NCBI GenBank assembly: GCA_964361095.1
Contig: CAYHZA010000001.1
Span: 1,456 to 65,455 of the forward strand
Length of the DNA: 64,000 nt
Source of the DNA: an uncultured Candidatus Saccharibacteria bacterium
GTDB lineage: Bacteria; Patescibacteriota; Minisyncoccia; UBA6257; 2-01-FULL-56-20
Reading direction: 5' to 3'
A program made the translations under genes and the position numbers. This document shows positions 1 to 8,551 of this stretch, piece after piece (position 1 is the first letter of the stretch; every line of letters begins with the position of its first letter). Under the pieces are notes generated by a model. It was given only the letters and a program-made list of their open reading frames with translations, made no database searches and was not told the DNA's origin.

Positions 1-141
1 AAATCTCGAAAGCCATTCGAGCTTGTATACTACGAAGCGTATAAGTCAGAAAGTGATGCTAGAAAAAGAGAGGCCAGCTTAAAGTTGCGAAGTCGAGCAT
101 TCGCACAATTGAAGAAACGTATAACCGACAGCACCAAGTAA
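1..141 (+). CDS. GIY-YIG nuclease (YhbQ/UPF0213-like), C-terminal fragment; 5' end lies beyond the window edge
   Basis: Frame 1 translates to KSRKPFELVYYEAYKSESDARKREASLKLRSRAFAQLKKR... This aligns with the C-terminus of the complete GIY-YIG ORF at 30512-30772 (RRPFELVYYEAYRAEDDARTREHNLKLRSNALNQLKRRLKK). Stop TAA at 139-141. Confidence 0.55.
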   Translation, partial: KSRKPFELVYYEAYKSESDARKREASLKLRSRAFAQLKKRITDSTK

Positions 142-154
142 TTTGGTGTGGGGG
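142..154. repeat. Right terminal inverted repeat TTTGGTGTGGGGG of the GIY-YIG mini-element family
   Basis: Immediately follows the GIY-YIG stop codon. Same arm as 222-236, 8486-8498 and 30765-30782. Confidence 0.6.
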
Positions 155-161
155 TAAACTT

Positions 162-389
162 ATGTCAAAGGAAATCGCCACTAAAACTGAGAAAGAAATT
201 CACCCCCACACCAAAGGGATTTTTGGTGTGGGGGTGTGCATCAAGTGCAAGAAGTGTGGCACTAAGGTTCTTTCTATTACGCGCGGTAGTTTAACCCCAT
301 GTAAGTGTGGGGCTATTTCTGTCGATGGCTCTAAAGAGTTAGTGAGAGTTATCGGTAAGCCAGAGGATTATGAAGAAATCCACAAATAA
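162..389 (+). CDS. Small zinc-ribbon protein (CxxCxxC...CxC) carrying an in-frame 36-bp palindromic insertion
   Basis: 75-aa ORF with Cys pairs CIKCKKCG...PCKCG. Codons 14-25 (HPHTKGIFGVGV) are encoded by the palindrome at 201-236. No clear RBS. Confidence 0.35.
   Translation: MSKEIATKTEKEIHPHTKGIFGVGVCIKCKKCGTKVLSITRGSLTPCKCGAISVDGSKELVRVIGKPEDYEEIHK
201..236. repeat. Solo (empty) hairpin copy of the CCCCCACACC element: cacccccacaccaaa-gggatt-tttggtgtgggggtg
   Basis: Perfect 15-bp inverted repeat with a 6-nt loop. Length 36 is a multiple of 3 and sits inside ORF 162-389. Confidence 0.7.
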
Positions 390-432
390 ATTTATGGCAA
401 GGAAATTATCAATAAAGTGGTAAAATGAAGGT

Positions 433-1281
433 ATGGCAAAAACTATAAAAATATTTTTGATTGACGGCGAACCTAACGGCCTAAAAACCGCTGAATTAAG
501 TAATTGGGTTGGTCAAGCAATCGTTATTCCTAGAAATAAACTTAAAGAAATAAAACAACGCCCTGAATGTAACAAGCCAGCAGTTTATTTTCTGATCGGT
601 AAAGAGAGCGAAGAAGCACTCTTGCCTACTGCATATGTAGGAGAGGCAGAAAATTTATGGAATAGACTATCTACTCATGATAGCTCAAAGGATTTTTGGC
701 AAACCGCAGTAGCGTTTGTGAGTAAAGATAATAATTTAACAAAAGCCCATGTTAGGTATCTTGAGAGTAGATGCTTAACTTTAGCAACTAAAGCAAAAAG
801 GTTTAATTTAGAAAATGGCACAGAATCATCTTTACCTTCTTTATCTGAAGCAGATATTGCCGAGATGGAAGAATTTTTGGAAAACCTGAAACTTTTGTTT
901 TCTGCTCTTGGCTACCCAATTTTGCAAGAAGTTATTTCTAAAGAACAAAAAAATATATCAGACCCTCTTTTTACTTGTAGGGGCAAAGATGCTTTAGCAA
1001 CTGGTCGTATGACAAACGACGGCTTTGTTGTTTATAAAGATTCAACCGCAACAACCGATATTTCGAAGGCAGTTATTGATCGTAATCAAAAAATTATAGA
1101 AAAGTTATTAAAAAATAATTATCTCGAAAAATTAAATGACGGCTTATATATTTTTGTTAAGGACTACGTCTTTAATAGTCCCAGTGCCGCATCTGATATT
1201 ACACTAGGCAATTCTACTAGCGGTTGGAAAAAATGGAAAACGGAAAGTGGCAAGACATTAGAAGAGGTTTATAGAAAATAA
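433..1281 (+). CDS. GIY-YIG (T5orf172-like) nuclease with C-terminal DUF4357-like domain
   Basis: N-terminal motifs VYFLIGK...AYVGEAENLWNRLSTH (GIY...YIG...R...H). The C-terminal tail SPSAASDITLGNSTSGWKKWKTESGKTLEEV matches the DUF4357 pattern as I recall it. Confidence 0.6.
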   Translation: MAKTIKIFLIDGEPNGLKTAELSNWVGQAIVIPRNKLKEIKQRPECNKPAVYFLIGKESEEALLPTAYVGEAENLWNRLSTHDSSKDFWQTAVAFVSKDNNLTKAHVRYLESRCLTLATKAKRFNLENGTESSLPSLSEADIAEMEEFLENLKLLFSALGYPILQEVISKEQKNISDPLFTCRGKDALATGRMTNDGFVVYKDSTATTDISKAVIDRNQKIIEKLLKNNYLEKLNDGLYIFVKDYVFNSPSAASDITLGNSTSGWKKWKTESGKTLEEVYRK

Positions 1282-1283
1282 AT

Positions 1284-3095
1284 ATGGGAAAGCTAAAAGA
1301 CATTCCAAAAATTGATAGACCGCGCGAACGATTCCTCCAAAAAGGAGCTGACGCACTTTCAAAAAGTGATCTTTTGGCAATTCTTTTAGGCAGTGGCATA
1401 AAAGGTAAAAATGTCAGGGAACTTTCAGAGAGTATTATCAAAAAATTTGGCAAAAACTTTTTAAATATAACCGTTGATGATCTTTTGGAAATTTCAGGGA
1501 TTGGCCAAGCCAAGGCATTACAAATTACTTCTGCAATTTCTTTGGTAAAAAGATTCTATGCGGACGAAAAATCAAACGAGACTATTATTAAAAATTCTCA
1601 AGATGTCCTATCATTCACCTACGATTTAAGAGATAAGAAAAAAGAACACTTGGTTTGTTTATACCTTAACGCAAGAAATTCTCTCCTCAAAAAGGAAATT
1701 GTTAGCGTAGGCTTACTAGATAAAACATTGCTCCATCCAAGAGAAATTTTTTATCCGGCAACAGAATTAAACGCCGCTAGTGTTATTTTAATTCACAACC
1801 ACCCATCGGGCGATTCTTCGCCAAGCGAAAAAGATAATCAAATTGTTGAAAAAATAGTTCAAGCAGGAGAAATAATGGGAATACCTGTTATTGATTTCAT
1901 TATTATCTCCGAAAATAATCATTATAGTTTTTATGAAAAACTAAGAAAGCAAAAAGAGACTTTTGATTATGTCGCTGACGGAATACAAGGGACACTCTTT
2001 GCAATATTTGAAGCTGAAAAACCAGCCTATGAAATAACTGCTGAAAAAATTCAAGAAAATTATTTCTACATCCCACAAGTAAAAGAAAATCACATCCAAT
2101 TACATAATCGCAGATATATAGGAAATAAACACAAACTAATTGAATGGATTTTTTCTATTATAAACAAAGAATGTAGTGGAAATTCTTTTGCAGATGTTTT
2201 TGCTGGGACGGGGGCTGTATCTGCTGTGGCGACAAAACACTTTAAAAAAGTATTATTAAATGATTTTTTACATTCCAATTACATAATATACCGTGCCTTT
2301 TTTGGAAAAGAAGCGTGGGACAAAAATAAGATAGATAGCATTATTAAGAGCTATAATAATATTTATGGCGGAGATTTAGAAGATAATTATTTTTCCAAAA
2401 ACTTTGGCGGTAAATTTTTCAGCAATAATTCAGCTAAAATTATCGGCTTTATTAGGGAAAACATTGAAGAAAACAAAAACAATTTAACGGAAAGAGAATA
2501 TTTTATGCTGATTGCGTCATTGCTTTATACGGCTGATAAAATCGCTAATACCGTTGGACATTTTGATGCTTATTTTAAAAAAGATTTTGTAAATGATAGT
2601 TTTTTCATGAAACCGATTGATCCGATTGATACCCAAGAAATATCTATTTTTCAAGAAGACACGAATGTTCTGGCAAAAAAGATAAAAGCAGATGTGGTTT
2701 ATATTGATCCGCCCTATAATTCCAGACAATACAGTCGTTTTTATCATGTACTTGAAACATTGACCAAATGGGATAAGCCAAAACTTTATGGAGTTGCGCT
2801 AAAACCAGATCCAGAAAATATGAGCGATTACTGCCGAGCTAATGCCAAAGAAAAATTTGCAGAACTTGTGAGAGATATTGATGCTCAATTTTTGGTTGTT
2901 TCGTATAATAATACATACGATTCAAAAAGTAATTCATCAAAAAATAAAATCACACTTCAAGAAATTGAAAAAATCTTACAAGCAAAAGGTAAAACGAAAG
3001 TTTTTGAAAAAAATTACAGACATTTTAATGCCGGTAATACAAATTTCAATAATCACAAAGAGTATTTGTTCGTAACTAAAAACCAACATGAATAA
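1284..3095 (+). CDS. Fusion protein: N-terminal RadC/JAB (JAMM) domain plus C-terminal Dam-like (D12 class) N6-adenine DNA methyltransferase
   Basis: RadC motifs include the HNHPSGDSSPSEKD JAMM signature and the helix-hairpin-helix-like ISGIGQAKA. The methyltransferase half has RRYIGNKHKL (Dam N-terminal motif), FAGTGAVS (motif I) and DPPY (motif IV). It is one continuous 603-aa ORF. Confidence 0.7.
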   Translation: MGKLKDIPKIDRPRERFLQKGADALSKSDLLAILLGSGIKGKNVRELSESIIKKFGKNFLNITVDDLLEISGIGQAKALQITSAISLVKRFYADEKSNETIIKNSQDVLSFTYDLRDKKKEHLVCLYLNARNSLLKKEIVSVGLLDKTLLHPREIFYPATELNAASVILIHNHPSGDSSPSEKDNQIVEKIVQAGEIMGIPVIDFIIISENNHYSFYEKLRKQKETFDYVADGIQGTLFAIFEAEKPAYEITAEKIQENYFYIPQVKENHIQLHNRRYIGNKHKLIEWIFSIINKECSGNSFADVFAGTGAVSAVATKHFKKVLLNDFLHSNYIIYRAFFGKEAWDKNKIDSIIKSYNNIYGGDLEDNYFSKNFGGKFFSNNSAKIIGFIRENIEENKNNLTEREYFMLIASLLYTADKIANTVGHFDAYFKKDFVNDSFFMKPIDPIDTQEISIFQEDTNVLAKKIKADVVYIDPPYNSRQYSRFYHVLETLTKWDKPKLYGVALKPDPENMSDYCRANAKEKFAELVRDIDAQFLVVSYNNTYDSKSNSSKNKITLQEIEKILQAKGKTKVFEKNYRHFNAGNTNFNNHKEYLFVTKNQHE

Positions 3096-3993
3096 CAAAA
3101 TCAAAAGGTCCCCGTTATTTTATGTCGGGGATAAATACAAACTAATGAAGCAATTGGTAAATTTATTTCCCAAAGAAGTGAATAATTTTTACGAACCTTT
3201 TGTTGGCGGAGGCACTGTATTTTTGAACATTGAAGCGAAGAAGTATTTTTTAAATGACATAAACAAACATCTGATTAACATACATAAGTTTTTGATGAAA
3301 AGCGCAGATAATCCAAGCTCGTTTTTTAAAAGCGTTGGAAAAGTAATATCCAAATATAAATTATCCAAATCTTACAAAGAAGATATAATTCCAGATTCAC
3401 TAAAAAAAGAATGGAAAAAAACTTATTTTGCCCGATTTAACAAAGAGGGATACGAAAAATTGAGAGTGTGTGTGAATAATAACAAAAAAAATGACCCTCT
3501 GATTTTGTATATTTTGCTTATATACGGGTTTAACAGAATGTTGAGATTTAATGGTGGTGGCAAATTTAATCTGCCTGTCGGGAATGTTGATTTTAACAAA
3601 AATGTAGTTAATGCCCTAAATGGCTATTTTGATTTTGTAAATAATAAGAAAATCACAATTACATCGAATGATTTTAAAAAGTTTTTTTTAGAGAAACAAT
3701 ATTTTAAAAATGATTTTGTTTATTTAGATCCGCCCTACTTAATAACCGCAAGCGAATATAATAAGTTTTGGGATTCAAAATCTGAATCTGACTTGTTAAA
3801 CTTAATCGATAATTTAGACAAAAGAGGCGTTAAATTTGCTTTATCAAATGTTACACATTACAACGGAAGCAAAAATGACCTTTTGATAGAGTGGATGGGA
3901 CAATATAAGGTACACAAAATTGAAAGCAACTATATTAGCTATCACAATAATGGGAAAAAGATAATCAAAGAAGTCTTGATCACTAACTATTAA
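3088..3993 (+). CDS. Dam-like (D12 class) N6-adenine DNA methyltransferase
   Basis: FYVGDKYKL N-terminal motif, EPFVGGGTVF (motif I), LDPPY (motif IV). Overlaps the upstream ORF by 8 nt, so operon-like. Confidence 0.75.
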   Translation: MNNKIKRSPLFYVGDKYKLMKQLVNLFPKEVNNFYEPFVGGGTVFLNIEAKKYFLNDINKHLINIHKFLMKSADNPSSFFKSVGKVISKYKLSKSYKEDIIPDSLKKEWKKTYFARFNKEGYEKLRVCVNNNKKNDPLILYILLIYGFNRMLRFNGGGKFNLPVGNVDFNKNVVNALNGYFDFVNNKKITITSNDFKKFFLEKQYFKNDFVYLDPPYLITASEYNKFWDSKSESDLLNLIDNLDKRGVKFALSNVTHYNGSKNDLLIEWMGQYKVHKIESNYISYHNNGKKIIKEVLITNY

Positions 3994-3997
3994 AATT

Positions 3998-5515
3998 ATG
4001 AAAAAACGACAATCCGAATATAAACCATTATTATTTACGACAACAATGAGAAATCCTGAACGACTAAAGGATTTTTTAACCGTGCTTGTTGAATATGATG
4101 GCGAAATTTTAACAAACGAAATTATTGATAAAGTAGCTAAAATCTTGATTCAAAAAGGGTTATATCAACCCATGAAAATAACGCAAGTAGTAAAAGGTAA
4201 ATGGAAAAACGAAATAGAACTAAGCGAGGCTGAAACCGAAAAAGTATTTGATGAGAATCCGCAAAGCCATAAAGAGGCAGGTTTTGAAAAAGGTTGGCCA
4301 TCGAGATTTGATACTTGGTTTAAAATTGCCAAAGAACTTGGTTTTGTTTGGTATTGGCCAAATGAAGAAATAAAATTTTCCGAAAGCGGGAAAATGCTAT
4401 TGGATAAAGAAAAACCTGAAAACGAATTGATGGTTTTTGCTAATGCTTTCGCAAAATATCAGCGACAAAATCCGTTTCGTAGAGTTTTAAATAAAAATGT
4501 ACCATTGATATTGCTGATACAAACAATAAAACTCCTAGACAATGACCCTGCCTATAATGGCACGGGTATTTCAAGGTTAGAAATTCCGTTATTGCTCTGT
4601 TGGCAAAATGATAATGCCGAAAGTTTATATCGTGAAATAAAAAAGTTGCGTAAAAAATATGGCTATTCGCCAAGCAATGAGATAGTTTTAGATCTTTGCT
4701 ATGAATTATTAAACGAAACCAAAAGAGACGATAATTCTATCTTAGGTGATTATCCCGATGATTTTATTCGCAAAATGCGTTTAACTGGTTTATTTTCTTT
4801 GCGTGGTGGCGGTCGTTTCATTGACATCAACACAAAAGAAATTGCGACTGTAAATTATATTTTAGAAAATTATATTTCTTATCCAACCTTTACGACTGAA
4901 AAAGATTATTTTGATTATATTGGCAAAGTGGACACCAATTTGATTGCAACGCTCTCCGTCTATGAAACTCCTGTTAGAACTACTAAAGCGGAGTTGGAAA
5001 AATGGGTAAATCATTATGCGTGGGAATCAATTAAAACCGAGATGCTTAATTTAGCGCAGAAAAAATCTTCCGAAGATGATATTTTGCGGGTGATAGAACA
5101 GCCTTTGCGTTTAGAGTTTTTAACCTCTTTGGCTATTCTCAAAAAATTACCAAATGTTGTAGTAAAGCCAAATTTTGTTTCAGATGATGAGGGTTTACCG
5201 ACAAGCTTTGCTTCTGGTGGAAACCCAGATATTGAATGTCTAGAAGATAAGGACACCGTATTGATAGAAGTGACTTTACTAACAGGCACACAGCAACATA
5301 TTAGAGAGTCATTTTCAGTACACCGACATCTTGAGGAGTATGTAAAGAAAGGCACTAAATCATATTCTGTGTTTATCTCCCCCAAATCTTTCATTGATAC
5401 TGAACGCTATTTTGATTTTATCAAAAAGGATGGTTTGGAAGTGAGAATTTCGAATATCGATAAATTCGTCCTCGGTCTTGAAGAAAAGACAACATTGAAC
5501 GAAGCGACTTTATGA
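3998..5515 (+). CDS. Candidate restriction endonuclease (type IIS-like, family unassigned; possibly AlwI-like)
   Basis: 505-aa ORF starting 5 nt after the second methyltransferase gene. The C-terminal segment GGNPDIECLEDKDTVLIEVTLLTG resembles a PD-(D/E)xK core. Two same-strand N6A methyltransferases upstream are typical of asymmetric-site type IIS systems. Family assignment is by context and memory only. Confidence 0.35.
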   Translation: MKKRQSEYKPLLFTTTMRNPERLKDFLTVLVEYDGEILTNEIIDKVAKILIQKGLYQPMKITQVVKGKWKNEIELSEAETEKVFDENPQSHKEAGFEKGWPSRFDTWFKIAKELGFVWYWPNEEIKFSESGKMLLDKEKPENELMVFANAFAKYQRQNPFRRVLNKNVPLILLIQTIKLLDNDPAYNGTGISRLEIPLLLCWQNDNAESLYREIKKLRKKYGYSPSNEIVLDLCYELLNETKRDDNSILGDYPDDFIRKMRLTGLFSLRGGGRFIDINTKEIATVNYILENYISYPTFTTEKDYFDYIGKVDTNLIATLSVYETPVRTTKAELEKWVNHYAWESIKTEMLNLAQKKSSEDDILRVIEQPLRLEFLTSLAILKKLPNVVVKPNFVSDDEGLPTSFASGGNPDIECLEDKDTVLIEVTLLTGTQQHIRESFSVHRHLEEYVKKGTKSYSVFISPKSFIDTERYFDFIKKDGLEVRISNIDKFVLGLEEKTTLNEATL

Positions 5516-5553
5516 TTGTAAAAAATTAGAATCAATTTACGAGAGCTAAATTT

Positions 5554-7461
5554 ATGGAAGATATTAAAGCAACAATTCACGGAGACGCTACAAGTGATCA
5601 AATTGAAGCAATTGACCACATTGGCAGTCATGCAAGATTACTCGCTGGACCCGGAACGGGAAAAACAAAAACGCTTACTCGGCGCGTACTTTCTTTGATT
5701 CTCCAACATAATGCCGACCCCGATTCAATTCTCTTACTTACGTTCACTCGTTTAGCCGCCGCTCAACTGAAAGATGAGATCAAAAAAGTGTTAGAACCTT
5801 TGGGCAAAACCATTCCACAAGTATCAACGCTTCACTCCTTTGCATTAAGGCAGATTCTTTATAATTCGAGCAGAATTGACACATTACCAAGACCAATCAG
5901 AATAGCCGATGACTGGGAAGAACGGTATATCATTCAAGAAGATTTAAAAAAAGTTTTAAATCTCAAAGAAATTGGCGATGTTCAAAAATTGATCAATCAG
6001 CTTTCAACTGACTGGGAAACTTTGAGAATTGATGAAATTGGCTGGGAGCAACAATTTCCAAACCCCGCTTTTCTTGGTGCGTGGCGAAGCCACAAAGATC
6101 AATATGGCGAAACACTAAGGGCGGAACTTGTTTATCAACTGAAAAAGCAGTTAAACCAAAGCAGGGATTTTCAATTAGACAAAGAGTATAAACATATTCT
6201 GATTGACGAGTATCAAGACCTGAACGCTTGCGATCTTGCCATAGTCAATGAATTAGCAAAGCGAGGCGCGGAATTATTTGTTGCGGGAGATGATGACCAG
6301 AGTATCTACGGCTTCCGTTTCGCAACCCCCGCAGGTATAAGAAATTTTGAACAGATATATCAAAATTCCAAAAAATTGGCGTTAGAAATATGTTTTCGTT
6401 GTGATAAAAACATATTACATTCAGCAGAATTTGTAGCGAGCCTTGATCCTGCACGCTTGCCAAAACCAACACGACCAAAAGACGAAGCTGAAGATGGTGA
6501 GGTTTTGATAATTGGTTTTAAGGATCAAAGTCATGAAGCTGAAATTATAGCCAAGAAAATAAAAAGTTTGATTGACGCAGACATCAAGCCAGATCAAATC
6601 ACAATTTTACTAAGAAACGACCGAAACAGCTTATTATCCAAGCCGATTATTGAAGCCCTAAAAAAGTATAGCGTCGATGTATCTTTGACGACTGATTCGG
6701 AATTAGAAAATAACAAGGAGTATCGAACAGTTTTATCAATAATTCGTTTGTTGGTTGATCAAAATGATTGTTTAGCTTGGCGAACATTATTACAAATCAA
6801 CAAAACTAATGGCTTGGGCGATGAGTGTATAAAAAGTATATGGAATTATGCGCAAAGCAAGGGAATACGTTTTAGTGTGGCTTTACAAAAAATAGCCGAA
6901 TCTCCAAGCGAATTACAAAAGTTTGGCCAAAAAATAGCAAAATTTGTTTCCGAAATAAACGTGGCAATCGTGGAACTCAAAGCCATTGAAAGTCCGACCG
7001 AAGCGATAAACGCAACAGTTGATAAATTTATGGGTGAAGGAGAGATAAAAGAACAAGTGAAAAAATATTTTGTTGGAATTTTGGAGAATCAAGAAAAACC
7101 TGATCTTGAGAATTTAATTAAAATAGTAAGTACTTCGTCGGAATATATTGAGCAAGAAACAAAAGAAAACGCTGTTAATATACTCACTATGCACCAAGCA
7201 AAAGGATTATCTTTTGATGTATGTTTTATAGTTGGTGCGGAAGATGAATATATTCCCGGACGAAATACAGGAGATAAGGAGGGCGATGAAAGAAGATTAC
7301 TGTATGTGTCCATGACAAGAGCGAGGCATAAATTATTTATCAGCTATTGTAATAAACGAACCGGACAACAAAGACATTCAGGAAGTAATAGCGGAACAGA
7401 AAAAAGAACATTAACCAGATTTCTTAGAGATTCCAAAATCCCAATAAAACAGGTAGAATAA
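5554..7461 (+). CDS. UvrD/PcrA-like superfamily-1 DNA helicase
   Basis: Walker A AGPGTGKT. Motifs LLLTFTRLAAAQL, DEYQDLN, and the C-terminal ILTMHQAKGLSFD...RRLLYVSMTRARHKL. Confidence 0.8.
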   Translation: MEDIKATIHGDATSDQIEAIDHIGSHARLLAGPGTGKTKTLTRRVLSLILQHNADPDSILLLTFTRLAAAQLKDEIKKVLEPLGKTIPQVSTLHSFALRQILYNSSRIDTLPRPIRIADDWEERYIIQEDLKKVLNLKEIGDVQKLINQLSTDWETLRIDEIGWEQQFPNPAFLGAWRSHKDQYGETLRAELVYQLKKQLNQSRDFQLDKEYKHILIDEYQDLNACDLAIVNELAKRGAELFVAGDDDQSIYGFRFATPAGIRNFEQIYQNSKKLALEICFRCDKNILHSAEFVASLDPARLPKPTRPKDEAEDGEVLIIGFKDQSHEAEIIAKKIKSLIDADIKPDQITILLRNDRNSLLSKPIIEALKKYSVDVSLTTDSELENNKEYRTVLSIIRLLVDQNDCLAWRTLLQINKTNGLGDECIKSIWNYAQSKGIRFSVALQKIAESPSELQKFGQKIAKFVSEINVAIVELKAIESPTEAINATVDKFMGEGEIKEQVKKYFVGILENQEKPDLENLIKIVSTSSEYIEQETKENAVNILTMHQAKGLSFDVCFIVGAEDEYIPGRNTGDKEGDERRLLYVSMTRARHKLFISYCNKRTGQQRHSGSNSGTEKRTLTRFLRDSKIPIKQVE

Positions 7462-7508
7462 CAATAGAAATTTAAAGTCCGCCGAAAAGTTTTGGGGGCA
7501 AAGCCCAA

Positions 7509-7561
7509 GCAGGCGGGCAAAAAGGAAGGGGGTTGGGGGGAAGGAATTTTTGCTCGCCTGC
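7509..7561 (+). terminator. Hairpin with G-rich loop downstream of the helicase gene (possible terminator)
   Basis: gcaggcgggcaaaaa ... tttttgctcgcctgc (14/15 bp) enclosing the loop ggaagggggttggggggaaggaa. No clear T-tract. Confidence 0.3.
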
Positions 7562-7609
7562 TTCCGTTCCCGTCCCGTTTGAGCAAAGAAAAATGATAAA
7601 ATAACTTTT

Positions 7610-8392
7610 ATGAAAATCAAATCAAAACCACAAATCCTAGAACGGCGGAAAGAGATCGAGCAGGAGCTCTTGGATATGCTCAAAGAAACAGAGAGCGATT
7701 TTACTCTGGATCATGTCCGGGACGTTATTTTCCATGAGGAAGACAACGACGACATGATGAAAGTCGTAGCCATGTTTGATCGCGGAGGAGACGCTTCGGA
7801 ATTGAGTAATGTTCTTGAACTCGTAACCGACGCCTGGAATTACTTTCCACATAAAGTGCTTGGTGGCATCTCTCCGGCGGAGAAATTACTAGAGCACCAC
7901 AATAAAACTAAACTTATGAAAATCAACAACACATTCAAACTCATCATCGCTATCATAGTCTCCGAGCTTGCCGGTATCATCGGCTCGGTGTTTACCACAC
8001 CATCCATTGCTGGCTGGTACGCTGGGATTGCGAAGCCTGCTCTTAATCCTCCGGCGTGGGTATTCGGACCGGTCTGGACGACGCTCTTTGCGCTCATGGG
8101 CATCGCGGCCTTTCTCGTCTGGAAGAAAGGGCTGGATCGCAGAGATGTAAAAATCGCTCTTGGCATATTCCTCGGCCAGCTGGTCTTGAACACGCTTTGG
8201 TCAATTATCTTTTTCGGTCTGCATAGCCCCGGCGGTGCGCTGATTGAGATCGTATTCCTCTGGCTCGCCATTCTCGCCACGATCGTTGCGTTTTATAAAA
8301 TCTCCAAACCGGCGGCGTGGCTTCTGGTGCCATATATTCTTTGGGTCAGTTTCGCGATGTACTTAAACTATGCGATCTGGGCATTAAATTAA
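7610..8392 (+). CDS. tspO: TspO/MBR family membrane protein with ~100-aa N-terminal hydrophilic extension
   Basis: C-terminal 160 aa read WYAGIAKPALNPPAWVFGPVWTTLFALMGIAAFLVW, LGIFLGQLVLNTLWS and WLLVPYILWVSFA. This is typical of TspO. Confidence 0.6.
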   Translation: MKIKSKPQILERRKEIEQELLDMLKETESDFTLDHVRDVIFHEEDNDDMMKVVAMFDRGGDASELSNVLELVTDAWNYFPHKVLGGISPAEKLLEHHNKTKLMKINNTFKLIIAIIVSELAGIIGSVFTTPSIAGWYAGIAKPALNPPAWVFGPVWTTLFALMGIAAFLVWKKGLDRRDVKIALGIFLGQLVLNTLWSIIFFGLHSPGGALIEIVFLWLAILATIVAFYKISKPAAWLLVPYILWVSFAMYLNYAIWALN

Positions 8393-8468
8393 GCAATTAT
8401 GACTCGGTGCAATTTGCTTAATATTTCTTTAGTTAAGCAAATCGTCCCACGCTCACAAATTTGGTTTT

Positions 8469-8499
8469 ACCCCCACACCAAAAACTTTGGTGTGGGGGT
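8469..8499. repeat. Solo hairpin copy of the CCCCCACACC element: acccccacaccaaa-aac-tttggtgtgggggt
   Basis: Perfect 13-14-bp inverted repeat with a 3-nt loop in an intergenic region. Confidence 0.7.
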
Positions 8500-8551
8500 T
8501 TACGGCTCGGACCGGATTCAACTGGTGGCAAACTCTTACTCTCGGTACAAA

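Noticed and set aside
7610-7916. Separate small gene upstream of tspO
   Set aside because: No stop codon separates it from the TspO core. It is kept as a single ORF with an uncertain start.
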